A DNA stretch of 64,000 nt from Podarcis filfolensis (lineage: Eukaryota): the NCBI GenBank assembly GCA_964270895.1, contig OZ185437.1, one strand, 5' to 3'. The first letter of the stretch is position 1. The number at the start of each line of letters is the position of its first letter. The notes beneath the pieces are model-generated. The model had not been told where the DNA came from. It ran no database searches and worked only from the letters and a program-made list of their open reading frames with translations. Of this stretch, positions 60,096 through 64,000 are shown one piece after another. A program made the position numbers and the translations under genes.

Positions 60096-63000
60096 TTGTT
60101 CTCCACTGCCTAGAACAATTCTGGTGATGGCAGTAGCGGTATTCTCATTCCGAGTGAGGGCAGTGCAATGGAGGAAAGATGGTCCTCTCTCTGAACTGAT
60201 TGCTTTTGCCCTTGGTGCATGTCTTCACATAGCCAAATGTGACTGTTTACATGGTGACACCATTATTCCCAGGAAGAATATACCAAGTTAAGGAAAAGCC
60301 TGCTGATTTGGGCTCCTTTGGGGTGAAAGGTGGGATATAAATTGAAATAAAAGTACTACTAACAATAATGGGTCTGAAGTAGGGGTGTTCATTTCAAAAT
60401 GTGATTAGTTTCTGTTTGAAATGAATTGTGAAAACTGAAACAAACATGAAAAACTAAAATGGTCACATTTGTTTTATTCTCTCATATTTGTTTCTGATAG
60501 GAGGCATTCCATTGCAAATGGATATATTCCTGATGCTCTGCTCAAATCTCAAATGGAGAGAGGGACCAAGAGAGTTGTGAAACTGTCAAGATGTACCAAC
60601 ATATGACACAAAGAAATATTAGTCCAAAACCCTTAAAACATCTGTAACAATCTGAGAGGGTATCCCAGTCTACTTACTTTCACCATCACACCATCCCTTG
60701 GTCACAGAGGCTAAGGGGAAGGCTTCTTTTTGACATTGTCAGTCAGTCTTTCCTCTCCAATCCCACTTTTGCATATTTCTGTAGCAGTAGCAGTTATGCT
60801 GCTGTGTTTGTGTGCCCTTTCTTAATTGCCTATAAAATGGAGATCACTTGTCCAATCTGTCTTATACTTGGCAAGTCTGATCCCTTTGAGGGATAGTAGA
60901 AAGTGTGAAAAAATTCATGTCACTTAAATATAAAATGTCAAGAGTTACAAGCTGAAGAATACAGAAGGATGGATCACCATTGGAAGCCCTGCTTATAGAG
61001 GATGTCACCCTGTCTTTAACTGCATATAAATGGGATATATTTTTCCAATTCTCCTGTAATTGCATATCTAGAGCCCTTAGGTGCCTTAGAGGCAGTATAT
61101 TGCTTTATGAGGATGGGAGGCACCCGAGTTGTAAGCAGTGAGGCACATGCTTTTTAAAATGGAAAGGAAAGTGAAACAAAATGGGGAGGTGATCTGCAAC
61201 TAGTATGAAACTAGTGTGAAACTAAACTGAACATTGCAAACCCGAATGCCCTTAACGGTTTTCATTGGTGACTCCATGCAGAACCACCCCCACAACTCTG
61301 AGTTTTCTTTTTCTTTTTCTAAGTAAGTTTGTAGCCCTCTGAGAAAGAAAGTTATGAAGCAAACTGTTCAGGTACCCTTCTAGTCAGTTTCTGTGAAATG
61401 AGCCAGACTGGCTGCTCCCACCTGTCAGTGCTTTTAACCAAAGTCAGAGCTGTGATTGAAAAGTCAGTTGTCTGGACACCAGGCAATAGGAATCTCTGGA
61501 ATCCTATGAGCTGCTGTTTCCTCCTCCCCTTTAGTGCTCTTTTCATGTTTCTGTTTTATATTCTAGTTCTTGGAATCTCTGTCATTTGAACTACCAAACA
61601 GGGGTTCTTCTGAGATCAGTAGGTTCTTCTGAGATTAGTAAGTACCTAGAAGTTATTTTCTGCAAATGCCACTAGGTAATAAGTGTGGGTGGGTGCTAAA
61701 GAATCTATCTCCCCACTCCCAAAGGCAAATGCAAGAACTTTGTAAACAGGCTTAGGGTGTCTCCTGCTGCACAGGAGTTAAAGTTTGGGTGCTCATTAAG
61801 GATTCACTGTATAGTTTACTTACAGTGCAAGTGTACCGTATGTCCACACAAAAGTAAGGGGTGAAAGCAAACTCCACTGCAAATTTTAATCAGTGGAAAA
61901 AGGGACTCTTTATCAAAATGCCCAACTTTTAAAAAATATAGATTTATCCATTTTTTTTGAAGAATGTGCATAGAAAAAAATATGACAGCATAGAATGTGC
62001 ATAGAAAAATAATTGAGTGCCTGTTATAAGCAAGGTGCAGTAAGTCTTGGGTTTGGCCTACAATTGTCTGTAGAATCTAGTGGTCAGCCTTGTCAACAGC
62101 TTGGATAGTAAGCAGTGTTGTCTGTACCCTGATTGATAATAAAGATGGGTGCTACCTTCAGCATTTTGAGTCTTAGACATCATTGCATGCAAACAGGACG
62201 TTGCATATCCTATTTGGCAAGATATCTGCCAATAAAGAAGCTTAAATTAAGCTGCTCAGGGGTCAAAAAATCTTCCAGATTTGGATCACGTCAGCATTAG
62301 ACAATGATGTGTGTCAGCAGCAGTTTAAATATAGTCTTTTCAGAGGACACCTTTAAGGTTAACATACAGATCTAGTTATTTTGCTGCACAGACAATACTG
62401 GGAACTCTTAGTATTATAGATGGATTCTGCGTGCCTCCAAAAATATCCCCGTGTGATCAGCTCTCAGCACATCACTGTTCTTGTGCTGAGTAGTGCCTGA
62501 CTGGCTTTTCAATACCCTCACAAATAAATCCACAATAACTGAGTAGAGCTGATGAATCATCTCCTTGAGTTAGATTCCAAAATAGCCTATTGTTTTGTTC
62601 TTAAAGGATCATATTTCTATTTTAAATCTGGCTAACTTTAAAAAGTTTTTCTTTTCAAGTCAAGTCTGAGAGGTAGATGTTGCGTAGTCATAAACTGTGC
62701 ATGCATCACATGCATGTCTTCCTTGAGTCTTCACTGGTGGGCTGTGTTCTCTCCCTAGGACAAGGCCGACATTTATTCTATTGAAGACTGTGCTCCTAAC
62801 AGGCAGGCCACAGCCTCGTTATTCAACCTGTCTAGCTACCACTGAAAAGTAGGGTTCCCCAGAATTTGTATCTGGAAACCTCCCAGAATAAGGGTGAGAG
62901 AGAAATATAAAGCAGAAAAAAGGATATATTAATCTCACACCTTTTTCTGAGAGGTTTCCAGGTTGTACTCTGAGGAAGGCCAAATGTCACAATCTACTAC

Positions 63001-63253
63001 AGCAGATCCCTGAATTTCCTGGTGTCATACCTGAAAAAGGTAGGTGATGCCCAATAAAGGCCTTATAAGGACTGCTGTCATTGCTGCCCAGGAGGCCTCA
63101 CCTGCTGAGTGCCTGAGGGTCCTGTTCCTGCCTCTCTCAAGGGATCAAATAAATTTTACCATATTATACATATTAAATAAACACAGTTCATTGCCTCCAT
63201 GCTCCAGAATGATGACCCAAGAAGGTATGGATTTAATAAAGACCACAACTTAC

Positions 63254-63340
63254 TTTCAGGAACATGAAAGAAGCCTGATGGTCTCTCCACTGGGTAACCG
63301 TGTGAGCTTCTTAATACCTTGAAGACTGCCAGCTTTCTAC
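63254..63340 (-). other. Candidate 87-nt exon, gene unknown
   Basis: Acceptor tgtttccctatttaag, donor aaa|gtaagt. Single open frame RKLAVFKVLRSSHGYPVERPSGFFHVPE (phase 1-1). Confidence 0.22.
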
Positions 63341-64000
63341 CTTAAATAGGGAAACACCACCCTGTCTCTAAATGCTCCACCAGTCCACATTACTATGCAA
63401 AATCCGGAAGGGTGTGTGATTTAATCAGGAGCTGCAGTGTGATCTGCAAGACCACTGAATTAGGATGATCCACTGTGGTAACACAACACCCCCATTCCTA
63501 GTTGCTCATGCCCTTTCTATACCATCCTGGATGAAGAATGAAAGGCCATTTGAAATATATTTCAACAAATACATACTTTTTAAAAGTAGCAAAATGCTGT
63601 TGAGAAGTAGCATTTAAAGGGAAGACACTTGGCCCCTCACAATCAGCACTGCCAGAGGATATACAAGGTACATGAGACACCCATGTTCTTCTTCTTCTTC
63701 CATCATGTAGTGGAAGAACTAGTTTCAGGTTCCAAAAACAGCCTGAGTGGAGACTCCCACATCTGTGGGAAGATCTGAAGTTGCCAAAGGAAAGTGAAAA
63801 GGGCTTAATTGGGAATGATAAAATATTTTACTTCTGTGCCAAATTGAGAGCACTTCCAAACTGTAGCTATTTTCAGGTGGGATTCAACCACATACCAACA
63901 AATCTAGGTTCCACCACCATAAAGTGATGGGAATATGCAGTGGAAAGTGTGGGATGACATTTTCTTTTATATAATGTCATCTATCCACTCCACAAACAAA

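Noticed and set aside
60838-60900. MEITCPICL, resembling a TRIM RING start
   Set aside because: The remaining RING ligands (CGHxFC..C) are absent and the frame stops after 19 codons.
1-64000. Strand bias of retroelements as evidence for the direction of a host gene
   Set aside because: Orientations are mixed (L2 and Sauria mostly minus; CR1, L1 and RTE mostly plus) and counts are too small.

Overview
Repeat-rich vertebrate genomic DNA, most likely from a lacertid lizard, judged from multiple Sauria SINEs plus squamate-type CR1, L2, L1, RTE/BovB and hAT/mariner MITE families. I recognise no host protein-coding gene, functional RNA gene, CRISPR array or other prokaryotic feature. The ORFs I can assign are LINE remnants (CR1 14996-15313 and 15465-15719, L1 36700-37296, several L2 pieces); the rest look spurious. 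Many insertions have readable target-site duplications (TSDs), so boundaries and some relative ages can be read directly. Main points of interest: (1) a perfect 92-bp inverted duplication (27145-27236 / 27616-27707) that is not a transposon TIR and has a repair-scar-like junction; (2) two SINE-like elements with different tRNA heads (Lys-CUU, Asn-GUU) on a similar CR1 3' tail; (3) one L2 subfamily inserted three times, antisense, into older LINEs; (4) a MITE/L2 chimera; (5) a Sauria SINE dimer inside one TSD; (6) long and short members of one hAT family, the long one with a CpG/YY1/ETS-rich core; (7) candidate exons with strong splice signals, possibly an unannotated spliced transcript. I cannot demonstrate a new biological system from sequence alone. 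All family names come from memory of consensus sequences, not from a database search.
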